From Balanoglossus misakiensis (taxonomy: Eukaryota; Animalia; Hemichordata), in NCBI GenBank assembly GCA_040954595.2, contig CM082597.2, positions 4,717,244-4,781,243 of the forward strand: a stretch of DNA of 64,000 bases, read 5' to 3'. The notes beneath the pieces are model-generated. The model saw only the letters and a list, made by a program, of their open reading frames with translations. It had not been told where the DNA came from and made no database searches. Position 1 is the stretch's first letter. Each line of letters starts with the position of its first letter. Shown here one piece after another: positions 24,201 through 37,352 of this stretch. Made by a program: the position numbers and the translations under genes.

Positions 24201-25810
24201 CTGGTTCCACCAACGACCGATTAATTAGGTCTGTCCTTGCAGATACAGCATTCAACATGGCTTGTTTCACTTCAGCAGCGATCTCCAGGTACTTCTCGTA
24301 ATTTGAGACGACGTCGATCAACTTCTCCTGCAGTGGCTGTGGACTGTAGTGCATCCTAACAACGATGTCCTTGGCGAACAGCGGTACATATCTCTGTATG
24401 TAGAAGGCACCACTTGACAGTTCTGGAACCAGGGCTGGTCTCCCACTCGCCATGGCAGCAATGGCAAAGTTCATGCTATCTCTCGACGCTGGAGGGACCA
24501 GGAACAGGTGGCAATCCCGAAGCTCCTCCTCAAAGTCTTGCGCAGTGATATGCCTGGTTACAAGTGTGCATTTACTATGCATGCCTAATTTCTCTCTGAG
24601 TTTAACACCAAAGCGCTTTGCCGGAGAAATGATTTTCCATATAGGTGGACCATCAAGTCCTCTTCTATCAAAGAAACGTTGAACAGCCTTAATAGCACGA
24701 GGCAAGGTGTCGTTACCCGATATATTTTTGAAGGCGTACTCCTCCAAGAAGGTCAAGATGTGAAATTCGCGACTTTTGGGTACAACCGCGCGCGGCGCCA
24801 GATCAAAATGGCTGTCGCGTGGGGACGGTAACATCAGAACGTGCTTCATGTTCGTGTAGCCGTGCTGCGCGTCTATAGAATCGTACGTGCGAGGGCCGAC
24901 GGAGACGACGAAGTCGGCGATGAGCATCTCCTGGTCGAGGAATTTCCGGCGGTGCTTCAGGCTGCTCCTCATGTAGCCGAGCATCTCGTGGTTGATGTGG
25001 TCGTGCTCCCAGATATTCACCGGGCAGTACGCGGTGTGGGGCAACACTCCATCGAATATATCCAAGGCCACCTCGGACGTGACCAATCCGAACCCGAAAA
25101 TCAACTTGATTTCTTTCATTTCTGGCAGCTGCGGGAAAAAGGACTCGTGGGCAATCAGCCAATCGTAGCCGGGCACTATTCCATCCATAAAACGCGATTT
25201 CTCTTTTGGATATATTATTTTCACCCCAAGGGCCTTCGCTTCCCTTTCCATGGCTGGGTGACCTTTCAGGACGATGCAGTAGACAGTGAGTCCCATATCT
25301 TTCAGTTGGCGAGCAAGGATATACAAGGCAGCTGTGATGCCATCTAAAGCAGGGGTAACCCAAAACTTTGTTATAATCAGTGCTGCAGCATTTTTACCGA
25401 CCCTCTGAAAACAAAAAGACAGATAATGTTGCGGTTAAGTCAAATTGCACGTGAATGTGCAACTTAATAGCAAGGCTTGGTGGGGTATACATTGCTACAA
25501 GGTTACGCCCTTACCTAAGGCTTGCTACCAGGTTACACTGTTACCTTCTCTTTGAAAAAGAAGACGGTCACGTTTTACAGAAGACAGTAATTTTAAGACT
25601 AGCCGCCTTCTTTTTAAATACAGAAGACAATCAGAACTGACGGAAGACAGCTACTTTAGAACTATCCTCTCTACCACATAGTTCTTAACCGATGATGAAC
25701 TTTGCCCCGCATACCTGCATTTTGCGTCGCTTCCTCGCTACACTATCCTGGTTGTTGTTGTCGCTCGCTCTTTTAGTGGCTTCACTGCCACGGCTGCCGT
25801 CTTGTTCCAT
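21285..25810 (-). CDS. Multidomain protein: GT4-like glycosyltransferase, TRADD-N-like domain, coiled coil, NHL beta-propeller
   Basis: Exons 25810-25715 (MEQDGSRG...ARKRRKMQ), 25404-24132, 23934 to about 23787 (3' end uncertain), 23402-22995, 22733-22185, 22075-21285. GT-B/GT4-like motifs: W....DGITAALYILARQL, ADFVVSVGP, CHLFLVPP..AIAAMASGRPALV. Central motif LSCESLEAVEALWSNYVKGDI..SLDVYIDADEYIVC. NHL repeats: GQVVVTDMKNNRLQV, PSDVAVGEDGRFYITD, QVLVSEHDKNRVHV, LQSPTGLCLD. Confidence 0.8.
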
Positions 25811-27627
25811 GTTCTACAAAACACCAGCGTCGCCTGCCACTCCCATGACATAGTCACTGTCAATTTGATTGTATTCCACGCCGCAAACCAGTCTGAGGGT
25901 CAGCCGTGGTGACAACAATGCGGAAGTGCAAACTCCTACAATGTAACAAATCGAAAGACCCAGCTACAAATACGGCTGCTTAAAACGGTCATGTGTGAAG
26001 CACGAGCATTCAGGAGAACAATAGGCCAGTCAAATGCTTTTTCATCGACGATGACTTAATATCAGGAGGACTTTCAACGTCTCTCTGCGTTGCTAACACC
26101 TCAACTGAAAACCTTTAACCCCATGTTGGCTTGTCACTTGTTTTGACCTTGCAGAAGGCAGAGACACCAGCGGTTGTTTAGCAGTATATCTTTCGTTTAC
26201 ACGAGTGTTAAAAAATTAAGTCTCAAAGGTTTCGCTGAATTGTCAAGTAGTGATTTCATTCTCATAATGTGCACAGCAAGATATCGTCAATGTCTAGGGT
26301 TGTGACCCAGATCATGAGGTCATTCTCAACAGTGGTGACTTGAATGGGATTGTCCCAGCACATGATAAGCTATATATGCTGACGCCATTTTGTGCAAGCA
26401 AGGGTTTTTCGACAACTTAATTTCAAACGGATATTGTGTGCTAAAACATTGACATGCAACAAACTGGAAAAAGACTAGTCATTATACTATACAAATTTTG
26501 AAGACTAGTAAAATATTTATTAGCGAAGGGGTAAACTTCGTGGCCTTGGAGTCATGACCTACGCAATTATGTCACCGACCACATTGCCTCGACATACCTC
26601 ACGAACTTACCTCAAACGACAAAGAAATCCTGGAATCCGAGTCTTTGTACGTACACCCAGTTGCTTCCTACCCCAGCTAACAACGAAAAACTACAGATAG
26701 ACTCATGTTTGCGCCAATTATTCCAAAGCAGGCACGCTGAGCGTCGTGTCTGGACTCGACTAATAAAACGGTACAAACTTTATCAACTGGTTTATAAGTA
26801 ACATATTAAAGTTAATAATACACTCCACTCCTGCAGCTAGTTAATGCATGTCATGGTGGCACTAGGTTACTGCCCTGATACGTTTGGCATTCTTGCCTTG
26901 CAAAGAATCAATTCAAAACGGTCATAGTCGATAACATTCAAGATTAGCCTAACATTTGTATTTAATTGAATTCTGCTTTAAAACGAAATATGCCAACCAT
27001 TTGTTGGAGCATATAGCTGAACTCGGACCCAACAGAATTGGCCGTTTCAACGGTACAATTAATTTTGTGACATATTTTCTAATATTAACTAAATTTGTGT
27101 CCAACCTCAGAGAATATACCGGCAAGACCGAACTGGTCAATGCATACACATGTGGAAAACATTAAAACAGTACCCATCAAATATCTACTAATGCAAAACA
27201 GTTACTGTAATACTGAACGTTGTCAGAAGTCAGCGACCTTACTGCGAGATTTTAAATTGACGTTATCCTTGGCAATGACCTCATCAGCCACTGAGTAGTC
27301 AATAAATTCTTACATGGCTAGAGTAGCCATCACATGGTCCGCCATCCATTCATCAACCCGCTCACGCGTTGCTTGAACTTTTAACCTGATACGTGGAGCT
27401 TGGCCTGTGAGGCGGCAATGCAGGTTCGCTACACACCACCATGTATCTTAATGGGCAACGCATTGTTTTAAACCATTGTGGCCAGTATGGTTTAAATACT
27501 CTCAATTGTGTTCCATAGCCTGTCACAAAGCATTTGGCACGCATTCCAAGGGCGTACATTGTTATGTAAATAAATGGGGGACCCCAATGAATGACCTTTA
27601 AGTATCAACGACCCCAAACACAGAAAC

Positions 27628-30600
27628 ATGGCTGGGTGGTTAGGTTGTCGTCGCCCTACTTCCTTCTTTATGTTGGTAGTGTTGCTTATGGCTTATGGAA
27701 TTCAGACACAAGAATCCCCAGAGATGCAGGCTGACATTCAGTTTCCACCGGTGATCGAGGCAGGCAACGGGGACATTCCAACGGGCCACTTAAAACCATT
27801 CGGTAGGGCTTCCTATTCTCTGTCACACCAGACCTGCATATAACACTATTCATATATTATGTTCACGTTCCGTCCAGATTCTCTCTCAGTGTTAAGCTCT
27901 TGGAACTGCCACACACTGTGTCAAGAGTTGCTTTCAATATAACTTACTGTGGGCAACAATTTAGAGAGTTTGCCTGCCTGTTATGAATTTGATCTGTGTT
28001 ATTAACAGGTCAGTACGTTCCTTGTAATAAATTGGCCAAGCAGTTAACAACGTAGAGGGACCATGCATGAACACACGTAGGGTTCTACCATAAAGTTGAC
28101 GTGCCAGCAACTGACAGACTAACAATGCCATATGTGGCCATCGTAGAGGGGGTTAATCGACAAATGGTTGGTTGATGCCTGTGGGGAAACTTGAAATGCA
28201 CACTGGCTGTAATGTAGACTATGGTGGCCCTTAACATATCATATGCGTTCACATGGGTTGTAGATTTGCCACTCTAATACGTCGAATACATTCACCTCTC
28301 AAATGTCCAAATACGTTTGGGAAGGTTAGGAATTTAAGATTTTAATCCACGTGTATATAACTGGTCAGTGAGCATCACGATTTTTCGCCAATGTTACACA
28401 CCCACTATACATATCACCTGAACAAAAATCGAATTAGGACATTCTCGCTGAATGCAAGAAAATTCTGTTTCACAGTACAAAATGGTACAGTTCGATTTCG
28501 AATGTATCAGGCAAAAGCTGAAATAGGGTGATTAATGTAAATTTAGTTCTTTGTGTCAGTTTATTTCCGACAGTGACGCGCACACTGTTGCTAAACATAA
28601 TTTTAATTTGCTGAGACATGTCTCATTCAATGAATAATTAGGCCTATAGTCAGTAGTGCATTCTGTATGCACTACTGTCAAGATGGTTCTATCAGTCACT
28701 GACCCAGTTAGTTCCCGTTTCATATTTATATGAAATGTATTTTTATATTTTTATTTGTAGCACGATCGGCATGAATGCGCAATGTTTTTAGTATTTCTGC
28801 ACGTCATGGAAGCAATGGAAAAAAGGAGAAAATCAGTTGATCGAGGTTTTAGAAGTGACCAAAAACTAAAACTGACACACATTTATTCTTTTAATTACGG
28901 ATTACTTGATTTGTCAGGTCACCAGAGGGCACCTGATGGCAAGATTGTCGAATATGACACCTTCATCCACCCCAAAGAATTCTGGGAAAAATACGTCGAC
29001 AAGTCTGAACCAATGGTGCTCCGTGGTGGGGCCGGGCGGTCGCCAGCCAATCAGAAGTGGACAGACGAATACTTGGATGAAAAGTGAGTCGAAGTTACAT
29101 TTATTCGGAAATTCTTAAAATATTAATAAAACTGAAGGATGTCAGATAAGCCAGAGAAGAATAACGTTATCGTTGCACAATGAACATATTTTTTTATCAA
29201 AGAGAGAATATAAAACGAGGCTTGGGTAAGCTAATGTAAGCGAGGAGGTATTAGATTGATTTGATAGAAGAGACAAGAAAAATATTCACCATTAACGTAT
29301 GTCTTTCATCCAGATACAAGGATCTCCATGTTATCATCGAGAGGAAAGTTGAACGCAGACCTCAGATTAAATTGCGAATGACCCTGCGACATTTCCTCCA
29401 AAATTACAAAAAAGAAAACTGGTATATTGTATCGCTGTTGCCCAATGAAATGCGACATGAAGTCGAGGTAAGTCCACATAGATCAGTTGCTCCCACATTG
29501 TAGAATATAGCATTGTTGCATGTCGCGTGTGTGTCACTATTTCTTCATTATTTCAGGCACCAGTCTGTCTGTTCTGTGGAAACTTCCAACACAACCTTCA
29601 AGAGCTGAATTTCTGGATGAGTAACGGTGGTACAGCATCTATCATTCACTACGACGCAGATCATAACATACATTGCCTTCTGGCGGGAAGAAAAGACTTC
29701 ATAATGATTCATCCCTATTACAATAAGTACCTTGATTTATACAAGGTGAGGTATAACATAGACTGATTTCTTGTCTGAGGGCGCTCTGTTTCGTCAACCA
29801 GGATCCAATAGCTACCTTATGTACTTGTTTTCTCCATGCTAGGGGGTCAAACACACAAAATTGCATTGTGGGTAAGAAAGTCGACAGCTCATTGTAGCAA
29901 GAGTTTGCAAACATGTCATGCTACCCGTATTTCATGATATGTTTGTATCTACAATTTGTGTCATAGTGTGTAGAACTCGTTCTGCTTTGGTTCTGCTGTA
30001 AAATTTAGTACGACCTAACATAAATTTCACTTTTCTTAACGACAATTGACACCAAAAATTGTTAAGTTTTGTCAGTCAAAAGAAATACAGAATGTACCAA
30101 AATATGTATAAGAAGCAGACCAGCAGTGCTATTCCATTTCCATGCAAAGCCACACAATATTGGGGATACTGACGAACAAGCCTCCCCTGAAGTCACACAA
30201 TTCATGCAAATCCACCACTAAAATCCTACATTAATTTCACATTTCGATCATTTCTAAAGCCGCCATCAGCAGGCTCTGGTTTCACATCAATCAACGTGGA
30301 CAGTGTCGATCTGAGACAGTTCCCCGAACTTAGCAACGTTCAGTGGACATGGACGACCCTACATCCAGGTGACTGCATTTTCATCCCCAGCAAGTACATC
30401 CACCAGGTGCGGTCCTATGGACGAAGCATATCTGTGACCACACTCTTCACAACCCATGACGTTTACAATGAGACAGATTGTGACAACTTTACCTTCAGTT
30501 ACGCCTCCCTGGCTGACTTGGATATCATGTGGACCTATCAGGAAGGTGACGAGGTGGGTAATGAACTATGCTATTAGAAATTGTATCTATCACCTCGACA

Positions 30601-31883
30601 GAAGCAAGAGCTATCACAGTTAATGAACATAACTTCACACTGCTGGGATCATGAGAATGATTGCAACAGTGGCAAACTTAGTCACATATAAGCTCCTGCA
30701 TCACCTAAAGATAATTTGGATCTGAAAACTTATATACAGAAACACTTCTAGCAGTCTCCCAACACTCCCGTCTGTCTGTACATCCATCCATCTGTACATA
30801 GTACTTAGATGAACTCCACGCACGATTTGACTGACAGAAATGCTTGTCATAATCCATCCACTGCAACTACAAACATCGTTATGTATTGCCATCTTTGCTT
30901 AGGTGCTATTTGCCGAAGCAATATTGAATTGTAATCATATAAATTATCAGTAGCAATGACGGCATTGTCTTTACCCGTAGACTATCGACATTGGTTATGG
31001 AGATGTATATCTTCTGAAAAAGCTTTTTCTGCATTTGGTGCAAGAAGAAGATGATGGTAAAATGACCAAAGAAATGTTTGAGCATGATGCTTACGATATG
31101 ATTCGACGAATACACGAAATTGATACTCCCGTCGACGAGGTAAGCATCCACATTTTGTCCTGATTGACAAATAATAACTGTGTGATTATTAATGCTAAGC
31201 ATTCAAGGAAAACACATCTCTTAAACAATTAAGTAAGACATGTTACAACTGAAAACAAAATAAGACGGACATGATCTTTTATCATAATGTCGTTCCAATC
31301 ATGTTAATAATGATACATGCAGTATCGATAAAACTATTCATTCATCGGTACCATGGATACTATCTCACAGTATTACATTTTCAGAAGGAATATGTATGAA
31401 AAGAGACTTGATGCTGAGAAACTTTTCCCCGCACTACAATCATAATATCTCGGCTGCATCGCATTGTTCTAGGAACCTGAATATAATACCATATTGGACG
31501 ATTCCAAAACTATTCAAATTGCATTAAAAGCATACGTACACTATATCTGTAATATCGAATGAGTGGGATATTTTAACCATGCGGCACTGTTTTCACAAAT
31601 TTTTTGTTGTTGTGTCTTGGCTCAGGTGTGGCCTCTCCTTGATGACCAGGGAAAAGGATACATCACGACGGAAGACGTACAAGCATGGGACAGAGAAAAG
31701 CTGAAGACGTTCTCGCGCATGACAACCGCACCTGCAGGACCTTTGCAGGAGTTCGTCATTTCCGAAGAGGAAATGGCGATATTGCTCAAGATCGAAGAAG
31801 AAGAAGAAGAAAAGCTAGAGATGCAGGAGGAAGAAATCGATCTTTTGAAAACTTTGTTGGACAGAAAACATGAAGAGCTCTGA
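27628..31883 (+). CDS. Secretory-pathway JmjC (cupin-8) 2-oxoglutarate/Fe(II) oxygenase with EF-hand-like motif and HEEL ER-retention signal
   Basis: Exons 27628-27802, 28918-29083, 29314-29467, 29557-29745, 30260-30553, 30981-31139, 31626-31883, all phase-consistent. Signal peptide; PKEFWEKYVDKSEPMVLRG; KWTDEYL; FWMSNGGTASIIHYDADHNIHCLLAGRKDF (HxD); LHPGDCIFIPSKYIHQVRS (distal His); LDDQGKGYITTEDV; acidic tail; KHEEL*. Confidence 0.92.
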
Positions 31884-31897
31884 CATTGCATAATATA

Positions 31898-32000
31898 TTA
31901 ACCCTTTAAGCCCCAGTTCCCTCTTTAGAGGTCCAACCTTACCATAGAAAACAATGGACTTGGACTGAATTACCATTGTTGCGAATGGGTTAAGGGTTAA
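31898..32000. mobile_element. About 95-100 bp MITE with TTAA-CCC termini (piggyBac-like), copy 1
   Basis: ttaaccctt...aagggttaa ends; internal tccaacctt.ccatagaaaacaatgg..ttggac shared with the copies at 36497 and 38723. Confidence 0.7.
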
Positions 32001-32283
32001 CAGTACACTCCAACTCAGTTTGTTGTAATGGTTCTCAATGGGTCTACCTACACTCATTCTGTGGGTTCGAAAAGTAATCAGCTAAATGTATTAAACTTCT
32101 ACACATTTATACACAGTAAAGCCAAAAGCTGAACGAAAGTCCTCAGTTCGATGTATTTAAAAATAATTTCAAGTTGTGCATGCCATTTTCCGTATAGCAC
32201 ACGTCCATAACATTGACATTTAGTTTCCCGGAGGTTTTCTAATTTATACAAGTACTTGGCGTGCAGAAATATTACAGCTTGAT

Positions 32284-35200
32284 TTATATCAACTTATGCA
32301 GTTGTGTTGGAACTCCAGGCACTTCGTTCAAGAAAATAGTACTTTTGTTGTGAGCTGATCTTTCTTCTGCAACAAACTCTGACCAGTTTGTCGTCAAACT
32401 CGCAATAAACACGTGGCCACCTGGAATTACAAAAAATAGAATCAGTGGCACTGTGCTCCCATATGATCAGAATTTTCACTGGAGTCTTTTGCATACTTGA
32501 CATCAAACATAACTCAGCATTCTCGCCTAAGACACTTTATCAGAAAAAGAACATGGATTTTTTTATGTACATTAAAGTTTCAAAATATGGAACATTCGGC
32601 CAATGCAAAGCGAATATTTCGATTATACCAAAGGTATGAGCTGAATAAAGTTGTCACAAAGCAAGAGGCAACGCGGTATATTTTTAGTAGTGAAGTGTAT
32701 GTATTATATGGCCTCTCGAGGACTGCAGAAATACACTCTTATCAACCTAATTGATACTTACGATAAACAATTTCTTGTTCTACCAATGACAGTAAGTAAT
32801 TTTCATTCAACCCAGCAACTTCAGGAATATCCAGTGCTAGAATATCCTTTGAAGTGAAAACGTTTGGTATCCTGGCCTTCATGTGTTCAACGATTTCCTT
32901 TGGAACAAAAATGAATGTGACTTCTGTAAAATTATGAGTTTTCAATATTACAACATATTCAGATGGTGCTTAGCTTGGATTTCTCTCTCTCTCTCTCTCA
33001 CTCACTCTCTCTCTCTCTCCCCAATCTCTCAGTGAAAATTAAGTGTTATAGACTGACCCATGAATAAGAGGGATGCGCTATGTAGACACAGTGCAAGTTG
33101 TTGGTAGACATAATCTCCTCCACTCCACGCACGACTTTCTTGGTTGCCATGGTGATGTATGTGAGCAACCTTGTACAGTCAAGCCGCCCAACATTTCTCA
33201 ATTGCATCTGACACCTATGAGAAGATAGATCAATACATACAGACTCAGTACTTCTCTATTTGTTTAAAAAGATTCTGGACATGTAACATAGAAAAAAAAA
33301 CCTTACATCTCGCCTGTCCGATTTCTCCAATGCATTGATAGGAACGGTTGGCCGTGGCACAGGTGTTCCAAAATGGCGTCTGCCCTACGCTGCACGGACG
33401 GCGCCCTGCTCAAATGTCTTGCGATGCGGTCAACGATTTCCCTCTTCCGATGGGGTGCCACCTCGCTCTTCAGTGGCCTCCAGAAGTCCAGAGGCTTATA
33501 CATGCCCAGGCAGCGTGCCTTGCTAGCGCCCATGTACCGTTTGCGAGCTTCCTCTACCGACATGGGCATGTCCTCCCACAGGGGGATTGTGATGTTGGTC
33601 AGCTCTTTCAGCCGTTCCCGGGTGAGCTGATAAGCGTGCTCGTAGACCGAGAAACTATTCGTGTTGCGTTGTGTGTAGGGGTTCATCAACAAAACATCAA
33701 CAGAACCGTTGCAGAGCTCGCGGAATTCTTCAGGTGTTACAACAGGCAGCAGCTGCCGAAGCACGTCTCTGTCAAACGTGTCGTCAAACGACCAGTAGAA
33801 TTGTTCATCTTTGTGCCCGTAGTGGTTCGCAAACGGTAGCGTGACGATCGCCCTGTTGCTTAAGATGGCGTAGAAGAGACCAATCTTGAAGTTTTCGTAA
33901 AAGAAGTTTGGCCCACCCTGTAAAAAGCTGAGGGATAGCAGGTACTTCTTGTCTCGAACTTCTGCAATGACCTGAGTGGAGACACCCTGAAACGGACAAG
34001 AATAGTCATTTCCCTTTATATTTATCTCTGGTAGAAGTTGTTGAATAATTCAGACAGCCTTGTACTAAGGAGGCAGAAATCGGAAACAAAGACAATTGTA
34101 TTGGAATCAGTAAAAATAAACGTTGTATATCGCAATGTACACACGGTATGACCTCTAACCCTATATTGACCTGTTCGACAAAATATATTAAACCAGACCC
34201 CATCTAGTATTTTGTTTTTATTACATCTTCCATATAGTGACATGCTGTGCGGAATATGATGGCTTCACCGTGGCAACGATTCGTTTCTAAACAACACACG
34301 GCAATCAAATGGGTAACAGCAGTGCGGTCACACCGAATCTTGTTTTGCAGTCTATGTTTCTAAATTCGACCGTTAGTAAGTGGTTGGTAAAGTGAATTCT
34401 TGTGTTTATCCTGAAGCTTGCTATGTCTCTTGGACCAAACTTTCTGTGCGTGAAGGATCAAATTAGCCTAATGTACAGATGCTCCTGTCTGCAGTTCCGA
34501 TACATTTACGCGTCTTTTGACTGAGCATAGCAGCGTTGATATACGAATAAAGTTTGAGAAAAAATTATTTATGTAGTTCAGTTTCATAATAAATGTTTCA
34601 AATCACTGTACAGTGTTACATGCAGTTAACCGATGTTACAACTGTTAGGGTGAATCTTATTACACAGATTGCCAACACCAACAGAACATATCAAATATGT
34701 ATCATTTTGCAACATATCAGTAAGACGTGGAACTAATTAACATTTGTAAGGGGAATCTTGTTTCAACTTGTTACAAAAGTAGCGATAAAGGGCAGTCCTA
34801 CAAATGTCCTGCTCTCACCTGTGTATTACCGACTTCCCCCTTTCTCTCAGACATCGCTTCCTGTCCATTTTGAAGAATCCCAAGCTTGGGGGTGTTTTTT
34901 GAAGAAGTGATCGCCTGCGTAGGATGTGCTGACGTGTACACCGTCGTTGTTTTGGTCTCTACGTACGACAGCATATCCATTTCGGGTTGTTGACTGTCGC
35001 TCTGAACCGGTCCTATGTCCTCTACGTCCAACACAACTTTTTCGGCCGTTACATCCATCCCCGCCGTCTTTTCCCGCATTTCGTCAACAGGTGATGGAAC
35101 TGTCGCCGGGGGTCGATCGATCGTGACCACCGCATCCTGTCTCGGTTTGCTTCGCGACAACAACTCATCAATGCTTCTGTCGGGACTCAAATTCCTGTTC

Positions 35201-35313
35201 GTATCTTCGCCCAGAAGGCTTGTCAGCAACAGAGTTACCGCCGAGAAGAGTACAACCAATTTCAAAATGCGAAAACATGTTTTCTGATACATTTTCAAAG
35301 TTGAACGCACGGA
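32284..35313 (-). CDS. O-fucosyltransferase-like (GT-B, POFUT/GT68-GT65-like) type II membrane protein, paralog 1
   Basis: Exons about 35313 (or 35358)-34819, 33986-33307, 33214-33058, 32897-32762, 32420-32284. TM ILKLVVLFSAVTLLLTSLL plus stem; QGGPNFFYENFK; motif I FLSMHWRN; CVYIAHP; motif III SLVEQEIVYRGHVFIASLTTNWSEFVAEER. Confidence 0.82.
32982..33030 (+). repeat. (CT)n microsatellite in an intron
   Basis: Directly visible. Confidence 0.85.
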
Positions 35314-36496
35314 CATACGTGTGGAACGACAGTACACGTCATTGGGTCGTGCAGGCATGATGGGCCAGTGTATGCGATTATCATAAGGCTTTAGTCAATC
35401 AAACTTTAATCGCATCACTTTTTACATGCGCCCACTTCCCTAACTTTTATGATATTAATAACACAAGTAACAAGCTTATTTTTATTTAATGGACTAAAAT
35501 TATTTGTTTAAATCCTCAGCAGAAATGCTCTTACGTTGTTAACATTCCAACTCCAATTTGCAGTGCTGAAATAACTTCCGGTTCTTTTCGTTTTGAGAAA
35601 GCAAGGCTAGCTTTGCATCGCCTTGTACCACCATGGACATATTTTTTTTGTACAAATAAACACCTTCGTTTTACTGGTTTAATTATCTATCATATACCCA
35701 TGGAAACGTCATATGTGCCGTACGAGTAAAATTCCTAAGATGCCACAGTTTCTGTATTCTTAGGGTTTCGAAGAAAGGTTTGTATTGTTAAATGTATGAT
35801 AGATAACTGCGCAGGCTCTGCTGACGTGGACAGGGTTGTAATAGTTGTTTTGAACTCTATGGACGACGGTGTATCCATTTCAAGTTGCTTCTTATCAATG
35901 TTAGCCCTTTGTTATTCCTGATATTCTTTCCTGCATTAGCATCTCATGTGGTGTTTTTTTTCTCTCCAGGGCAGCACTCTCCAACGAGTCTGTCTGAACT
36001 CAGCTTCCTCTTTGTCTATCTCACCCGGAAGGCTTGTTACGATAAGTGCGTTCAATTTCACTACCATCTGCACGTTTTTGATACATTTCCAAAGTTCAAC
36101 GCACGGGCAACGTGTCGAATGACTGTACACGTCATCAGAGGCTTGCGTAGGCATGATGGTCGCCTCTGGCATGTGATCATTACACCAGCTTCAGCCAATA
36201 GGGCACATATGCAAATACCTCCACTTGTTCGCATTTGTTTTATGATTCTGTTTAATGGCGAAGCCACACTAATAATTGTAACAAGTTTATTTGCTATCAG
36301 TAGGCTAAACTTGTATGTTTTCCTGTTTTATGGGTTCAGATACATCACTTACTCTGATTTGCATTGTTGAAATGGCTTCTAAACTCCCTATTTGAATCAT
36401 ATTGTTGCAACATCACATCTTGGTGCAAATGTATTACACCCCTTTTTACAGTACAAGCACAAGCACTGATTATTTGCAAAGTGTGCTACCCAAGTT

Positions 36497-36590
36497 TTAA
36501 CCCTTTCACCACCGACTTCCCTGTATAGATGTCCAACTTTACCGTAGAAAACAATGGGTTTGGACCAAACCATGATGATGAAAGGGTTAA
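36497..36590. mobile_element. piggyBac-like MITE, copy 2 (best preserved)
   Basis: Perfect terminal inverted repeat ttaaccctttca...tgaaagggttaa, i.e. a TTAA target site plus CCC/GGG ends. Confidence 0.8.
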
Positions 36591-37352
36591 AGTTCGCCTG
36601 GTTACTCAGATTTTTATTTCTTGCATTTTATTTAATCGACAGCAGCCTGGCACATATAGCTGTGTGTTTCTATATGGACACACATTGTTTTATCTCCGTG
36701 GAAACTTCAATCAATGAACATATGTTGTCTATCTCCGTAGAAACTAAAATTAATGCAGCAACAGATAAACAGACAATGTACGCTATAAAAATACTCCATG
36801 GTTTTTATACCGGAGAGAGTATTTATTTTATACGAATAACATTGTAGATTTGCATAAATACGGGAAACGTGGAAAGGGGCCAGGGTATTGTTATCATGGA
36901 AATCGCAGTCAGCAAAGGAAATTGAGTTTTGTAGAAAACAGAGATAGACAGACTGCTCAGAGTTTACCAGGAAACCCTAAAAAATTAGGTCAAATCAAAT
37001 ATGTGGCAAAGATATCAAAAAATAATTGCAACGATAGACATGCATATTCAATAAAATCATAGGTCAAATATCACATCTACATACCGGTGGCCAATTTTAT
37101 AAACAAACAGAAAAGCCCACAGACAACCAACAGAGTACGCAGAACTAAGTCAAATCCATGACAGAAAGATATATCGACCTCTGGGAAAAATACTAGAGAG
37201 TTTCATATCCATTGTAGTAATAACAGTGTCCTTACATTGTACATTTGGTGACTGTGGCAAGATGGGCTATTCAAGTGACCGAATTTGTATTTTACTATTC
37301 ATGTGCCGTATACATGTATGCGTTCTAACATTGTAGTTGGGTCTTGCTTTGT

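Noticed and set aside
24452-25363. Alternative-frame ORFs of 168-186 aa over the GT4 exon
   Set aside because: By-products of GC-rich codon usage in the real exon; the same applies to ORFs overlapping 33303-33999, 43104-43781 and the GPCR.
35885-36370. 161-aa hydrophobic ORF between paralogs 1 and 2
   Set aside because: Non-ATG start, no motifs and no splice support; the composition is typical of AT-rich non-coding DNA.
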